A stretch of 64,000 nucleotides of DNA, taken from assembly GCA_965215515.1 (NCBI GenBank), contig OZ244057.1, positions 1,056,001-1,120,000 of the forward strand, given 5' to 3'. Each line of letters begins with the position of its first letter. Position 1 is the first letter of the stretch. The notes below the pieces were generated by a model, which ran no database searches, was not told where the DNA came from, and worked only from the letters and a program-made list of their open reading frames with translations. Shown in pieces: positions 10,339 through 21,482 of the stretch. Source of the DNA: Oligoflexales bacterium (lineage in GTDB: Bacteria > Bdellovibrionota_B > Oligoflexia > Oligoflexales > JAPPIL01). Position numbers and translations under genes: made by a program.

Positions 10339-11466
10339 CTACCCCACAGCGTGTGCAGCGCGCAGACAGAGATGCCACTGCTGGTAGGTTTTGTTGAATT
10401 CTATTTTAGCGATCTTCAGGTCAGCTCTGAGCTGTACCAAACGGGCACGCGACTGGTGGTGTAAGCTGCGACGCAGGGTCCGATACTCACGGCTCAGCTC
10501 CTTCAGCCGCTCTTGCGCCAACTCCACCTTGCCACGCAGCTGGTCGAGACGTTCGCTCAGCGCAGGGCTGGTAACCTTGACACTCTTGCGTTTCAGCGCC
10601 ATCTTGGCTACCAAGATTTGCGGGCGAGGCACACGTCGCAGACTATATGCCTGCCCAAACAAGGCTAACAAACCGATCAGCCATTTGGTCGGATCCCACT
10701 GATACCAACGCACGCCATTGCGGTAATCAAACTGAAAACAATGGTGAAAGTTGTGGTAACCCTCGCCGTTAGTGAGCAGTGCCATGACGAAGTTGTCGCG
10801 CGCCGAATTGTTCTCGTTGTAGGGCTGTGTGCCCCACATATGGCACAGCGAGTTGATAAAAAAAGTACTGTGATGGACGAAGACGATACGAGTTACCGCA
10901 CCAAAAACAAAACCACCACTCAGACCGTGCCACACACCGAGATCGCTCCACAGAGCCATAATCAGCATGGGGAAAAGAAACCCCGAAAAAATCGCCACGG
11001 GAATGTAATAGCGGTGTTGCCACACAATCCAACGGTCTTTCTGCAAATCACCGACCATCTCCGTGGCCAACGTCATCTGATAAAACAACCAGCCGATGTG
11101 GGCAAAAACAAAACCACGCTTGATGTTGTAAGGGTCACGCCCCGTATCGACGTGGCGGTGATGAATCCGATGGTCGGCCGCCCACTTCAAAGCCGAGCCC
11201 TGAAACGCACCCGCCCCGAAAAACAAAAAAAGGTTCTTCAGCCAACCACGTGCCCGAAACGCACGATGTGCCAAAAGACGATGATAGCCCGCCGTGATAC
11301 TGACACTGGAAGCGAAGGAAAAGAAAACAAACAACACCACCAGCTGCCAAGTCACCTCCCAGTAGAGACAAAAAGCGACGAGCGCGACGAGCGCGAGTGC
11401 AGGGGTAATAAGCAAAAACAACGCTACAGGCCAGTCGATACGGGAAGTTTTGTCACCAGACAACAC
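10339..11466 (-). CDS. Acyl-CoA delta-9-type fatty acid desaturase with a C-terminal coiled coil
   Basis: His boxes HRLLAH, HRIHH and GEGYHNFHH, plus DPTKWLI. Confidence 0.92.
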   Translation of the reverse strand: MLSGDKTSRIDWPVALFLLITPALALVALVAFCLYWEVTWQLVVLFVFFSFASSVSITAGYHRLLAHRAFRARGWLKNLFLFFGAGAFQGSALKWAADHRIHHRHVDTGRDPYNIKRGFVFAHIGWLFYQMTLATEMVGDLQKDRWIVWQHRYYIPVAIFSGFLFPMLIMALWSDLGVWHGLSGGFVFGAVTRIVFVHHSTFFINSLCHMWGTQPYNENNSARDNFVMALLTNGEGYHNFHHCFQFDYRNGVRWYQWDPTKWLIGLLALFGQAYSLRRVPRPQILVAKMALKRKSVKVTSPALSERLDQLRGKVELAQERLKELSREYRTLRRSLHHQSRARLVQLRADLKIAKIEFNKTYQQWHLCLRAAHAVG

Positions 11467-11641
11467 AGCACACCCTCGTCCGCGGCTCAGAACCGCGTCG
11501 GTTACGTCAATTATACACCAGTGCTGTGCACTTGCACAGCACGCACACCCTTCTACCGTTACCAGAACGTGAAGGCAAGTTTGCTGCTTGCTAAAAATTC
11601 CCCTCTATCATACCCTGACCTGGATTGGGGATACATGCGTA

Positions 11642-12553
11642 GTGCTTTACCGCGAAGGCAGGAGAGCCGCCGTTATCGGAGTGCCGTGCGATTTGGGGGC
11701 TGGTATCAGAGGTGCGAACATGGGGCCTGCCTCGCTGCGAGTCAGCGAGCTGAAACAGCAGATCGAATGCCTCGGCTACGAAGTCAGAGATTACGGCAAT
11801 GTGGGCGTGCCGATACGCGAGGGCTTGCCCAGCACCTCCACCCGTGCCCGCTATGTCACGGAAATCGCCGCCGTGTGCAAGCAGGTCTCCGTTAAAGTCG
11901 AGCAGGCTCTGGGTGAGAAGCGTATCCCTCTCGTGTTAGGCGGTGATCACAGTCTCGCCATCGGTTCGGTGCGCGGTGTCGGGAGGTTTTTTCAGCCCCG
12001 CAAAATCGGTCTCGTCTGGATAGATGCCCATGCCGATCTCAACACCCCCGACATTACCGAGACCGCCAACGTGCACGGCATGCCGCTCTCGGTGTTGATG
12101 GGCGAAGGTGACCCGCAGCTGGCAGCCGACGACAAGTTCAAGCTCGATCCCACCAACATCGCTCTCGTCGGTATTCGTACCCTCGACCCCGAGGAAGCCA
12201 AACTCTGCCTCGACTGCGGTATCAAATACTTCACCATGCGCGCCATCGACGAGCGCGGCTTGGCAACGATCATGCGTGAGGCGATCACCGTCGCAACACG
12301 CGGCACAGAAGCGGTACATGTCTCCTTCGATCTCGACGCGATCGATCCTGCCCACGCCCCTGGCGTGAGCACCGCGGTGAGCGGCGGACTGACCTACCGC
12401 GAGGCGCACCTTGCCATGGAGATGCTGCACGAAAGCGGTAAAGTATGCTCCTTCGACCTCGTCGAGCTAAACCCCCGACGCGATGTTGCCAACAAAACCG
12501 CTCAGCTCGGCGTTGAACTGATACAATCTATCCTCGGCAAGACTATTTTGTGA
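11642..12553 (+). CDS. rocF: Arginase
   Basis: GGDHS, DAHADLN, HGMPL, HVSFDLD and DLVELNP. Start codon uncertain (11588 or 11642). Confidence 0.92.
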   Translation: MLYREGRRAAVIGVPCDLGAGIRGANMGPASLRVSELKQQIECLGYEVRDYGNVGVPIREGLPSTSTRARYVTEIAAVCKQVSVKVEQALGEKRIPLVLGGDHSLAIGSVRGVGRFFQPRKIGLVWIDAHADLNTPDITETANVHGMPLSVLMGEGDPQLAADDKFKLDPTNIALVGIRTLDPEEAKLCLDCGIKYFTMRAIDERGLATIMREAITVATRGTEAVHVSFDLDAIDPAHAPGVSTAVSGGLTYREAHLAMEMLHESGKVCSFDLVELNPRRDVANKTAQLGVELIQSILGKTIL

Positions 12554-13686
12554 CCCAAGCGCGTTTTAGCATCACCGCCAGCGACGGCGCAGCCCGTACA
12601 GGACGGTTAACCCTCGCCCACGGCACGGTGAACACGCCGCTGTTCATGCCCGTAGGCACCTCAGGCACCGTCAAAACACTCGTCCCCGCCGATCTCGATC
12701 GACTCGGTGTGGAGATCATGCTGGCGAACACCTACCACCTTGCCCTCCGCCCAGGCGTGGATACCATCGCCGCCTGTGGCGGCCTGCACCGTTTTTGCAG
12801 CTGGCCAAAACCAATTCTCACCGACAGCGGCGGGTTTCAAATCTACAGCCTCGCGGCGCGACGGCATGTCGAAGACGCGGGAGTAACCTTTCGCAGCCAC
12901 CTCGACGGACGCAAGTTTTTTTTCACCCCCGCCCAGGTGACAAGACTGCAAGAAACTTTCGGCAGCGATATCCACATGGTGCTCGACGAATGTCCCCCTT
13001 ACGACGCGAGCAAACAAGACATTGCCCGCGCCGTGCGACGTTCGTTGCAGTGGGCGGCCGCGGGGCGCGGCGCACGCCACAACCCCGTGCTGTGCCAGTT
13101 CGGTATCGTACAAGGTGGCATATATGACGATTTACGGCGTGAAAGCGTGCGCGGTCTGGAGGAACTGGAATTCGAAGGTTACGCTATCGGGGGAGTCGCA
13201 GTCGGTGAACCTGTGGCCGAGACACGCCGCGTTACGGCTCTCTGCTGTGAACTGCTGCCAGCCTCGCAACCCCGCTACCTGATGGGGGTAGGCACGCCGC
13301 TCGATTTGCTGGCCAGCGTCGCCTGTGGCGTAGACCTGTTCGATTGCGTCCTGCCCACCCGTAACGGACGTAACGGCACGGTTTTCACCAGCACAGGACG
13401 GCTTAACATTAAAAACGCCCGATATCAGCACCACGACAACCCGCTCGATGCCCGATGTGCCTGCTACACCTGCCGCACCTTCAGCCGTGCATTTTTGCGC
13501 CATCTATTCAAAAGCGGGGAAATCACCGCGCTGCGCCTGCTGAGTCTGCACAACTTGCATTTTTATTGCAACTTAATGCGCCGCATACACACCGCCATCA
13601 CGGAAAAAAAATTCACCCAGCTGTGGGCTGCACAACGGGAAATTTTTGCGGAAAAAAAACTTGCCACGCAGCCCAATTTTGCTTAA
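12550..13686 (+). CDS. tgt: tRNA-guanine transglycosylase
   Basis: TPLFMPVGT, LTDSGGFQ, PRYLMGVG, DLFDCVLPTR and the Zn site CACYTC. Confidence 0.97.
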   Translation: MTQARFSITASDGAARTGRLTLAHGTVNTPLFMPVGTSGTVKTLVPADLDRLGVEIMLANTYHLALRPGVDTIAACGGLHRFCSWPKPILTDSGGFQIYSLAARRHVEDAGVTFRSHLDGRKFFFTPAQVTRLQETFGSDIHMVLDECPPYDASKQDIARAVRRSLQWAAAGRGARHNPVLCQFGIVQGGIYDDLRRESVRGLEELEFEGYAIGGVAVGEPVAETRRVTALCCELLPASQPRYLMGVGTPLDLLASVACGVDLFDCVLPTRNGRNGTVFTSTGRLNIKNARYQHHDNPLDARCACYTCRTFSRAFLRHLFKSGEITALRLLSLHNLHFYCNLMRRIHTAITEKKFTQLWAAQREIFAEKKLATQPNFA

Positions 13687-13764
13687 CATCCTCACCCCCT
13701 TGCCGTCACGCTGCCTATTTAAAACAGCACCGCATAAAGTAACTGCCAGAAAGGAAGCTCCGTC

Positions 13765-14703
13765 ATGCGTGCGTGTTACGACACAGCATGCTCGCCGTCA
13801 CCGCGCGGTCTGTGTGCCTCTTTGCTGAATAAATCGAGCATCTTCATTACCGCTGACGAGCGTCTGCGTCGCACCTTACGACTGCTGCCTGATGCCCCCG
13901 AACACTGCCATAGCGAGCGACATGTGCTTATTCAAGGAGCTGCGGGAGTAGGCAAGAGAACATTGGCACTGCACTGCTGGCGCATGATGCAAGCACCTGT
14001 TCTGTTGACCGAGAAGTGTCATCTTATCCACAGCAGTGCGCAGTTGCGGAAATGCCTACGGGAAGCACACAACGGCGATCTACTGCTCAACGACATCGAC
14101 CAGCTACCCCCCGTTTTGCTGGCTGAGTTACCCGTGTTGCTGGCGAAAAATCGCCCTGTGCGTGTCGTCGCGACCACAACGCAGGTAACACCCTTGCCTG
14201 CTCTACGCAATTTTCTGTCCCTCTACGTTCCTCCCCTCGCACATCGGCACGGCGATACTTTTGCGTTGGCAAAGTTTCTGCTCCGACACAGGTTGCAGCA
14301 AGACACCAGCTCGCGTTTGTTGCACACGATATTGCAACGTAGAACCTTCGTGCGTACCAATGATCTATACATTTTTTTAGTGAGCCTTTGCTTTGTCGCA
14401 GCACGTCTAGGGAAGAACCAACTCGACCACACCGTTGTCAGCGAAACCCTATCTCTTTCCGACGAGGAACAGTTTGAAAATTATTTTACGTACCTTGCTG
14501 GCAGCAGTAGTTTGTGTGAACTGGTGGCCGATTACGGCCTGAAGGACACGTGCCAACTGTTGGAACGTGTTTGCATCAGCAACGCCCTGACGGCAACACG
14601 CCACAACATTACCCTGGCAGGAAAACTACTGCGCGTGCCGACAACCACCCTGTTCAACAAGATACGGGCGATAACTAGCGATGCCCTGTCTAAACCGCGG
14701 TGA
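13765..14703 (+). CDS. Degenerate NtrC/Fis-type regulator (eroded AAA+ domain plus Fis HTH)
   Basis: Walker A-like GAAGVGK, altered Walker B LLLNDIDQL, no GAFTGA, C-terminal ALTATRHNITLAGKLLRVPTTTLFNKI. Confidence 0.7.
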   Translation: MRACYDTACSPSPRGLCASLLNKSSIFITADERLRRTLRLLPDAPEHCHSERHVLIQGAAGVGKRTLALHCWRMMQAPVLLTEKCHLIHSSAQLRKCLREAHNGDLLLNDIDQLPPVLLAELPVLLAKNRPVRVVATTTQVTPLPALRNFLSLYVPPLAHRHGDTFALAKFLLRHRLQQDTSSRLLHTILQRRTFVRTNDLYIFLVSLCFVAARLGKNQLDHTVVSETLSLSDEEQFENYFTYLAGSSSLCELVADYGLKDTCQLLERVCISNALTATRHNITLAGKLLRVPTTTLFNKIRAITSDALSKPR

Positions 14704-14736
14704 AGTGGCAGGAGATCCCCCTGCATAACGGACACC

Positions 14737-15009
14737 CTAGTCAGCGAAGAAAACTATGTTTTCGCCCTGCTCGGTAAGGTGATAGCGATCCCGCAACACC
14801 CTGCGGGCATAACTGCGGGAGTTTTTTATTTTGCTGATTTCGTCGGCGAGTTCCCTGTTCTCGGCTGCGAGTTGCGCAAGCTGTTGACGCAATACCGCGG
14901 CACTGTGCGCAAGACGATACCTGTCGGTCAGCGAACTGCGCCCCCGCACAATACCCACGCCGAGCACAACGATGCCGAAAATTAGTAACAAACGCAAGAT
15001 ACACCTCAT
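14737..15009 (-). CDS. ftsB: Septum formation initiator (FtsB/DivIC family)
   Basis: Short TM, coiled coil, then ENREL...I..IK...ARR.LR...GE.IVFF. Confidence 0.8.
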   Translation of the reverse strand: MRCILRLLLIFGIVVLGVGIVRGRSSLTDRYRLAHSAAVLRQQLAQLAAENRELADEISKIKNSRSYARRVLRDRYHLTEQGENIVFFAD

Positions 15010-15152
15010 GCTATCATTGTACACAGGATGTGAGACAGCCGTCACGCTAAAAGTCTTGCAGGAAATCTCCCCAGCCAGGCGAACACCTCCGTGACCCTTC
15101 ATCGCCTTTTGCCGACGAGGCTAACTTGTGTGTCACACTCGTGCAGCTGAAT

Positions 15153-16133
15153 TCAATCCACCGCTGGCCGAACGGGGCAGACGGGGGTAGCGGAGGGAGC
15201 GAGTTGGGCGATTTTTGTCAGTGCAGTCATGGTCTTCTCGCTGCTGAGGTGCGTGTTGGTAAGGCTGTGGTGATCGCCGAGCAAGTCGCTGAGTGCACTG
15301 TCCTCGCGATCACGGTTATGCCACCGCGCCAACAGACCGCCGAGGCGGTCGCTGCCGACGGGGATACCGACCACGAACATGCTGTTGAAGGCCGCGAGAT
15401 AGCCGACCAGGCAGACCGCGGCCCTCACCTTACTCGCACAGGTTTTGCTGAACAACTTGGCGAAGCTACGCGCAGGCTTGCCGTCCATCAGTGATCTGTT
15501 AATACGGTGTAGCGGGTTGTGTTTACCCCTAGCCACCGTCTTACGGACCAACTCATCCGAAAGGTGCTCGGACTCGGCAATCGCATGCAAGGCTTCCCAC
15601 GTCTGTCTTCTCAGAGAACGATCGCCCTCCGAGAAGCTTTTGACGACGTACTTGGAGGCATTGGCGACGATAACCCCGTTGCCACGATGCAGCAGCGAAT
15701 CGACCAGAACAATAGTTGAGATGACACCCGCACCCCCCACGAGGGGGAAAATCCAGTGACGGCTGGAAGTATAGAGTTCTTGCAAAGCTCGGTCTTTGTG
15801 AAACTGCTGCCACAAAGTGTCGAGAGGAATATAGTTGCTGCTAACCAGCTGCGCTTCCGACAAGGCTCGCTGTAAATCATCCCGACGATGTAGCCTGAGC
15901 TTATTTTCAGACACAACCTGGTAAAAACAACTGCCGTACTGCGCAAAATCTTCCCGTGCAATCGGTGCCTGCAGTTTCTCGCCCCGTCGTTGCCCAGTCA
16001 AAGACGCGGTATGACTCAACATATAGACATAGCCTTTGTCACTGCGGCTCTGGTACGACTGCAACCTAGCCGCTTCACGACCAGCACAGGCGAACAAGAA
16101 CATAACGACAAAAACAATCGGACAAGCTCGCAT
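15153..16133 (-). CDS. Hypothetical lipoprotein, tandem paralogue B
   Basis: Lipobox LFAC. Alignable by eye to 16133..17332. Confidence 0.75.
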   Translation of the reverse strand: MRACPIVFVVMFLFACAGREAARLQSYQSRSDKGYVYMLSHTASLTGQRRGEKLQAPIAREDFAQYGSCFYQVVSENKLRLHRRDDLQRALSEAQLVSSNYIPLDTLWQQFHKDRALQELYTSSRHWIFPLVGGAGVISTIVLVDSLLHRGNGVIVANASKYVVKSFSEGDRSLRRQTWEALHAIAESEHLSDELVRKTVARGKHNPLHRINRSLMDGKPARSFAKLFSKTCASKVRAAVCLVGYLAAFNSMFVVGIPVGSDRLGGLLARWHNRDREDSALSDLLGDHHSLTNTHLSSEKTMTALTKIAQLAPSATPVCPVRPAVD

Positions 16134-17332
16134 CAGTAAAACCTCCCGCTCTGTTCATCGATGTACTTGCTGGCGAGCTCGCGGGGCGGAGGACAAGCAC
16201 GGGTGCCCTTCGCACTCAATTTAGCCATCCTCTTCTGTAGCTTGTGCATATCGTCTGGCTTCAGCGGCGTAAAAGTGCGAAAATTATCCCAGTCACCGAC
16301 GAGGTCTAGTAACCTGTTCTGCTCCTGCTCACGATGCAGAAAAGCATTAGCCTTGTTGGTCGAGAAATAAGCTAGAGGCACCGCGGCCGCCAGAATGCCG
16401 CCTGCCGCGCTGGTGACGAAGATTACGCAGGCAACCGCAATTTCAGCTCGGCACAGACGTTTCACCAGCGGCACAAACTCTTTGCCCGCTCTTTGCTTCA
16501 GTGCCCAAAGAGGATTGAGGTTGACCGTACGTCCGAAAATTTTCGCATCGCGGCCGACGTAGATGAACCTGCCGAATAACTCCTCCAGCTTGTGCTCCGC
16601 CCGCCCAGACTTGACAAAAAACTGCACCCTGTCTTGATGCAACATCGCCTCACGCAAGCCTCTGGTATTACCACGTTTGCGCAGCAGATCTTCGAGCTCA
16701 GCAACGCTTTTGATCTTATGCTTGTCGAAATCACTCTTCTGGAGTCCACCAGCCTCTGCCATCTCACGAAGATGATCGTCGCTCTGCACATATTTTTCCG
16801 CCAGCTTAAGCGCCTCCGCTTGCGCATCGTGGGTAACGATGTCGAATAACCCGTTGAGCACGACGAATGTGCCCCCGATCGCCGCATAGTTCCAGTACCA
16901 AGGCATGCGATGACCGTAGAGATCACGAAAATCTTTGAGTTCGTCATAAACCCGCGTCAGCGGCACATACTTCTGTTCCTCACGCAGCGGTTGCGCCTCA
17001 GCCAACATCGCCCGCAACGCCGTCGGTGTGTGCGCCGTCAACGGATGATCGCTCTGCACCTTGTACAAACACTGCCCCACGTGCCCGAGCATCTCCCGTG
17101 CAATAGTCAACTCCCCATCCGTCAGCACCGCACCAGGCTGGAAGGGATTTTGCCCGCCCCGCTCATCGAGGATATCGTAGTGCGTAAACAGGTACGTGCG
17201 CGTCCCACGCTGATCACGGCTCTGAAACCCCTCCACCTCGGCTGCAGACGGTCTGTCACAGGCAATTACCACCGACAGAAGAGAGATAAGACTTAAAAAC
17301 AACAACGTAACATCCTTACTCAATACAGCCAC
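16133..17332 (-). CDS. Hypothetical lipoprotein, tandem paralogue A
   Basis: Lipobox VIAC. Its stop overlaps the start of the downstream paralogue. Confidence 0.75.
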   Translation of the reverse strand: MAVLSKDVTLLFLSLISLLSVVIACDRPSAAEVEGFQSRDQRGTRTYLFTHYDILDERGGQNPFQPGAVLTDGELTIAREMLGHVGQCLYKVQSDHPLTAHTPTALRAMLAEAQPLREEQKYVPLTRVYDELKDFRDLYGHRMPWYWNYAAIGGTFVVLNGLFDIVTHDAQAEALKLAEKYVQSDDHLREMAEAGGLQKSDFDKHKIKSVAELEDLLRKRGNTRGLREAMLHQDRVQFFVKSGRAEHKLEELFGRFIYVGRDAKIFGRTVNLNPLWALKQRAGKEFVPLVKRLCRAEIAVACVIFVTSAAGGILAAAVPLAYFSTNKANAFLHREQEQNRLLDLVGDWDNFRTFTPLKPDDMHKLQKRMAKLSAKGTRACPPPRELASKYIDEQSGRFY

Positions 17333-17439
17333 TATTAATATCGATACATAGATACTATGACAAAGTCAACATAAAATTTATAAATGAGTGCTTTATGTCA
17401 AGTGTCGCCTTGCGGATTAAAGCTATCGATATGCATCGA

Positions 17440-18093
17440 TCACCGCATCCGTGTGGATTTTTCCTCCCAAATATCGAGGGCGTGCTGGTAGTTGTCACGG
17501 GACATATAGTGTAGCCGCGAGACGATTGTCCCGTGGACAGGGTGGTGTTCCTGTAGGTAGCCGACGGTGCGTGCCGCGCTACGTTTTAGCAAACCATGTG
17601 CTGCGCAGTTGTTAAAAGGTTTGCACACGGTGGTAGTGAACAAGTGCCGATGTCCTTGTGCTGAAATTGTCTCGAGCGTCGCTTTCAGCAGTTGTGGCAA
17701 GGCGTAGCGGTAGCGTGGTAATATCGCGAGCTGTTCAAAGTAAGCAATTTTGTCATGCACAATACTATCGATGGCGATGTTAAAATCAATGCGGTCTTTT
17801 TTTTGCCACAACTCTGACTGGCGCAGCACGGCATCAGGTAAACATATCGCGTATCCGACTAAAGAAGTGTGCCGCTCCGATCCCCGTCTCTTTCGCTCTT
17901 CCTGCTGTAACACCTTGACAACAGCCGTCTCTATCCAGCGACGGTAGAGTTCACGCGACGAGCCGAGAATAAAACCTCCGCCTCGCCCTCCTTCTGCGGG
18001 GTGTAGGTTTTGCTTGATGGCCGTGATTCTATCTATATCCGAGGAGAGAGTGGCAGTGCGTACTGCACAGCTAGACAGATCGGTGTGTGCCAT
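17440..18093 (-). CDS. GNAT-family N-acetyltransferase-like protein
   Basis: YFEQLAILPRYR and a N.AA..LL...VG motif typical of GNAT motifs A/B. Overlaps the upstream desaturase. Confidence 0.6.
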   Translation of the reverse strand: MAHTDLSSCAVRTATLSSDIDRITAIKQNLHPAEGGRGGGFILGSSRELYRRWIETAVVKVLQQEERKRRGSERHTSLVGYAICLPDAVLRQSELWQKKDRIDFNIAIDSIVHDKIAYFEQLAILPRYRYALPQLLKATLETISAQGHRHLFTTTVCKPFNNCAAHGLLKRSAARTVGYLQEHHPVHGTIVSRLHYMSRDNYQHALDIWEEKSTRMR

Positions 18094-19105
18094 GCTGCTG
18101 CTCCGCGTCGATCAGTGTCGGGCCGCGCAACTGTTGCAGGACAGCTTGCAATAAGCCGAGGGTTGGTTCTTTGCTGGCACGGGGTAAGTGTCTATGCGCG
18201 GGGAGTGAATACCAGGGGAGCGAGGGTCTCAGATGATGCACACGATGCTCGTTAAAATTCAATAACCACCAGGCAGAGAGAAACTGCCGTCGTATAGAGC
18301 GGGCGTTGTCTCCCACCCGTGTCCCGATCGACGTGCGGTAGTGATAGATGTACATTAAAACCGAATAAATCCAGGCAAAACATAGCAGGGGGAAGCCACA
18401 GAAATACAACCAAGCTTCCCCACCTCCGACAAGTCCCACGGCAACGTGCAGCGCAATACCCGCGCTGAAGATCACCAGTGCATGCAGTTGTTTGCGCCAG
18501 GTCCAGCCTCGAAATGCAGGTGAGATGCGTCTCGCGAGGTGCGGCGGGATGACCAGCAGAATAAGAATCGACACCAACGAATGGACAAAGAAACCACCTC
18601 CGAACACTGCCACGTACCACAGCAGGTACGACCACCAACGTTGCACGTGGGAAAATTTCTTACCGATGATGTATATATCGAGTGCGGAAGTGCGCACGTC
18701 GCGGCGGTTATGCCCGTGATGAAAAAAATGTATCTGGCGGAAAACCGATACGGGCACGAGGATGGGGAGCAAAAACAGCTGCCCGATAACATCGTTCAGC
18801 CACAACGAGCGCGGCCATAACTTGCGATGCGAAGCCTCGTGTCCGACCATATAGAGGCGCTGTACCCAAAACCCCAACAGCAACACGGGTAACCACACGG
18901 CGACCTGGCCGCGCAGCTGCGCAATCGCCGCGAGTAAAAGCACGGTGACTAGCGAGGATTCGCTCAACAGCCACAACGTATAAAACACATGGCGCGGGTG
19001 CTCACCAGCGACAGCCGCCTTCCCCACAATCCCCCAAAATCGAAAAGTTAAATATGTTAACCACGGTGTGAGGGTCTCATATCTCACCGTTTTTTTTTTT
19101 TGCAA
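18071..19105 (-). CDS. Membrane fatty-acid-desaturase-family protein
   Basis: His boxes HEASH, HFFHH and EHRVHH.RP..PWY.LP. Confidence 0.85.
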   Translation of the reverse strand: MQKKKTVRYETLTPWLTYLTFRFWGIVGKAAVAGEHPRHVFYTLWLLSESSLVTVLLLAAIAQLRGQVAVWLPVLLLGFWVQRLYMVGHEASHRKLWPRSLWLNDVIGQLFLLPILVPVSVFRQIHFFHHGHNRRDVRTSALDIYIIGKKFSHVQRWWSYLLWYVAVFGGGFFVHSLVSILILLVIPPHLARRISPAFRGWTWRKQLHALVIFSAGIALHVAVGLVGGGEAWLYFCGFPLLCFAWIYSVLMYIYHYRTSIGTRVGDNARSIRRQFLSAWWLLNFNEHRVHHLRPSLPWYSLPAHRHLPRASKEPTLGLLQAVLQQLRGPTLIDAEQQHGTHRSV

Positions 19106-19122
19106 CTATTTTTTTACTTTTT

Positions 19123-19142
19123 CCTGAGCTCCGCGGATAAAT
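19123..19142 (+). mobile_element. Solo IS/MITE terminal repeat, related to the ends of the 34939-35084 element
   Basis: cctgagctccgcggataaat versus the MITE left end cctgagtcccgcgggtaaat (17/20 identical). Confidence 0.55.
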
Positions 19143-19171
19143 CGCTCAACAAGTAACGCTGGCAGCGTGGG

Positions 19172-19214
19172 GGCACATGGTGGGCGGTGTCTGTGATGCC
19201 ACCCACCACGTGCC
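19172..19214 (-). terminator. Hairpin downstream of groEL (putative terminator or stabiliser)
   Basis: Inverted repeat ggcacatggtggg...cccaccacgtgcc about 35 nt after the groEL stop. No clear U-tract. Confidence 0.5.
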
Positions 19215-19248
19215 AGAGAAAGACGTGGGGCGAGGGGAAAACACGAGC

Positions 19249-20964
<1,716 letters not shown>

Positions 20965-21252
20965 CTACTCGATAACACCTAGAATATCATCCTCCCGCAG
21001 GATAAGATGCTCTTCGCCATCGATCTTAACCTCCGAACCAGAGTATTTGCTGAACAGAATACGATCACCAACATCTACCTCTGGCTTTCTTACCTTGCCG
21101 TCATCGAGAACCTTGCCGTTGCCGATAGCAACCACCTTTCCCTCCATAGGCTTCTCTTTGGCATTATCAGGGATAATTATCCCCCCCGCTGTCCTCTCCT
21201 CGCCCTCAACTCTAGACACGAGGATACGATCCTGCAAAGGCCTGATCTTCAT
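20965..21252 (-). CDS. groS: Co-chaperonin GroES
   Basis: [12 protein letters not shown]...[13 protein letters not shown], with an AAGGAGG RBS upstream. Confidence 0.98.
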   Translation of the reverse strand: MKIRPLQDRILVSRVEGEERTAGGIIIPDNAKEKPMEGKVVAIGNGKVLDDGKVRKPEVDVGDRILFSKYSGSEVKIDGEEHLILREDDILGVIE

Positions 21253-21372
21253 CGCACAAAACCTCCTTGATGAATGAAAAAACGCGCACCCGCGATGCCT
21301 AACACCGCATACCTCAGGACAACGAGCAATGCGCCGAGACACACAGAAACCGCCCGCTGACCGACAAGGGTG

Positions 21373-21400
21373 AAAATAATCACACCCCTGAATTTGTCAA
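21373..21400 (-). promoter_or_regulatory. Putative sigma70-like promoter of groESL
   Basis: Minus strand TTGACA-N16-TATTTT. Confidence 0.4.
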
Positions 21401-21482
21401 GAGGGGTAAAGCATTTTATTCTATTTTTAGCACATTATAAACTTGACCACCGCGTCAATATCTGCTAGCTGACGGCGGCAGT

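Noticed and set aside
10741..11895. 384-aa plus-strand ORF
   Set aside because: Antisense shadow of the well-supported desaturase, with no motifs.
21427..21470. CIRCE element upstream of groESL
   Set aside because: Only the half-site TTAGCAC is present, with no GAGTGCTAA at 9-bp spacing.
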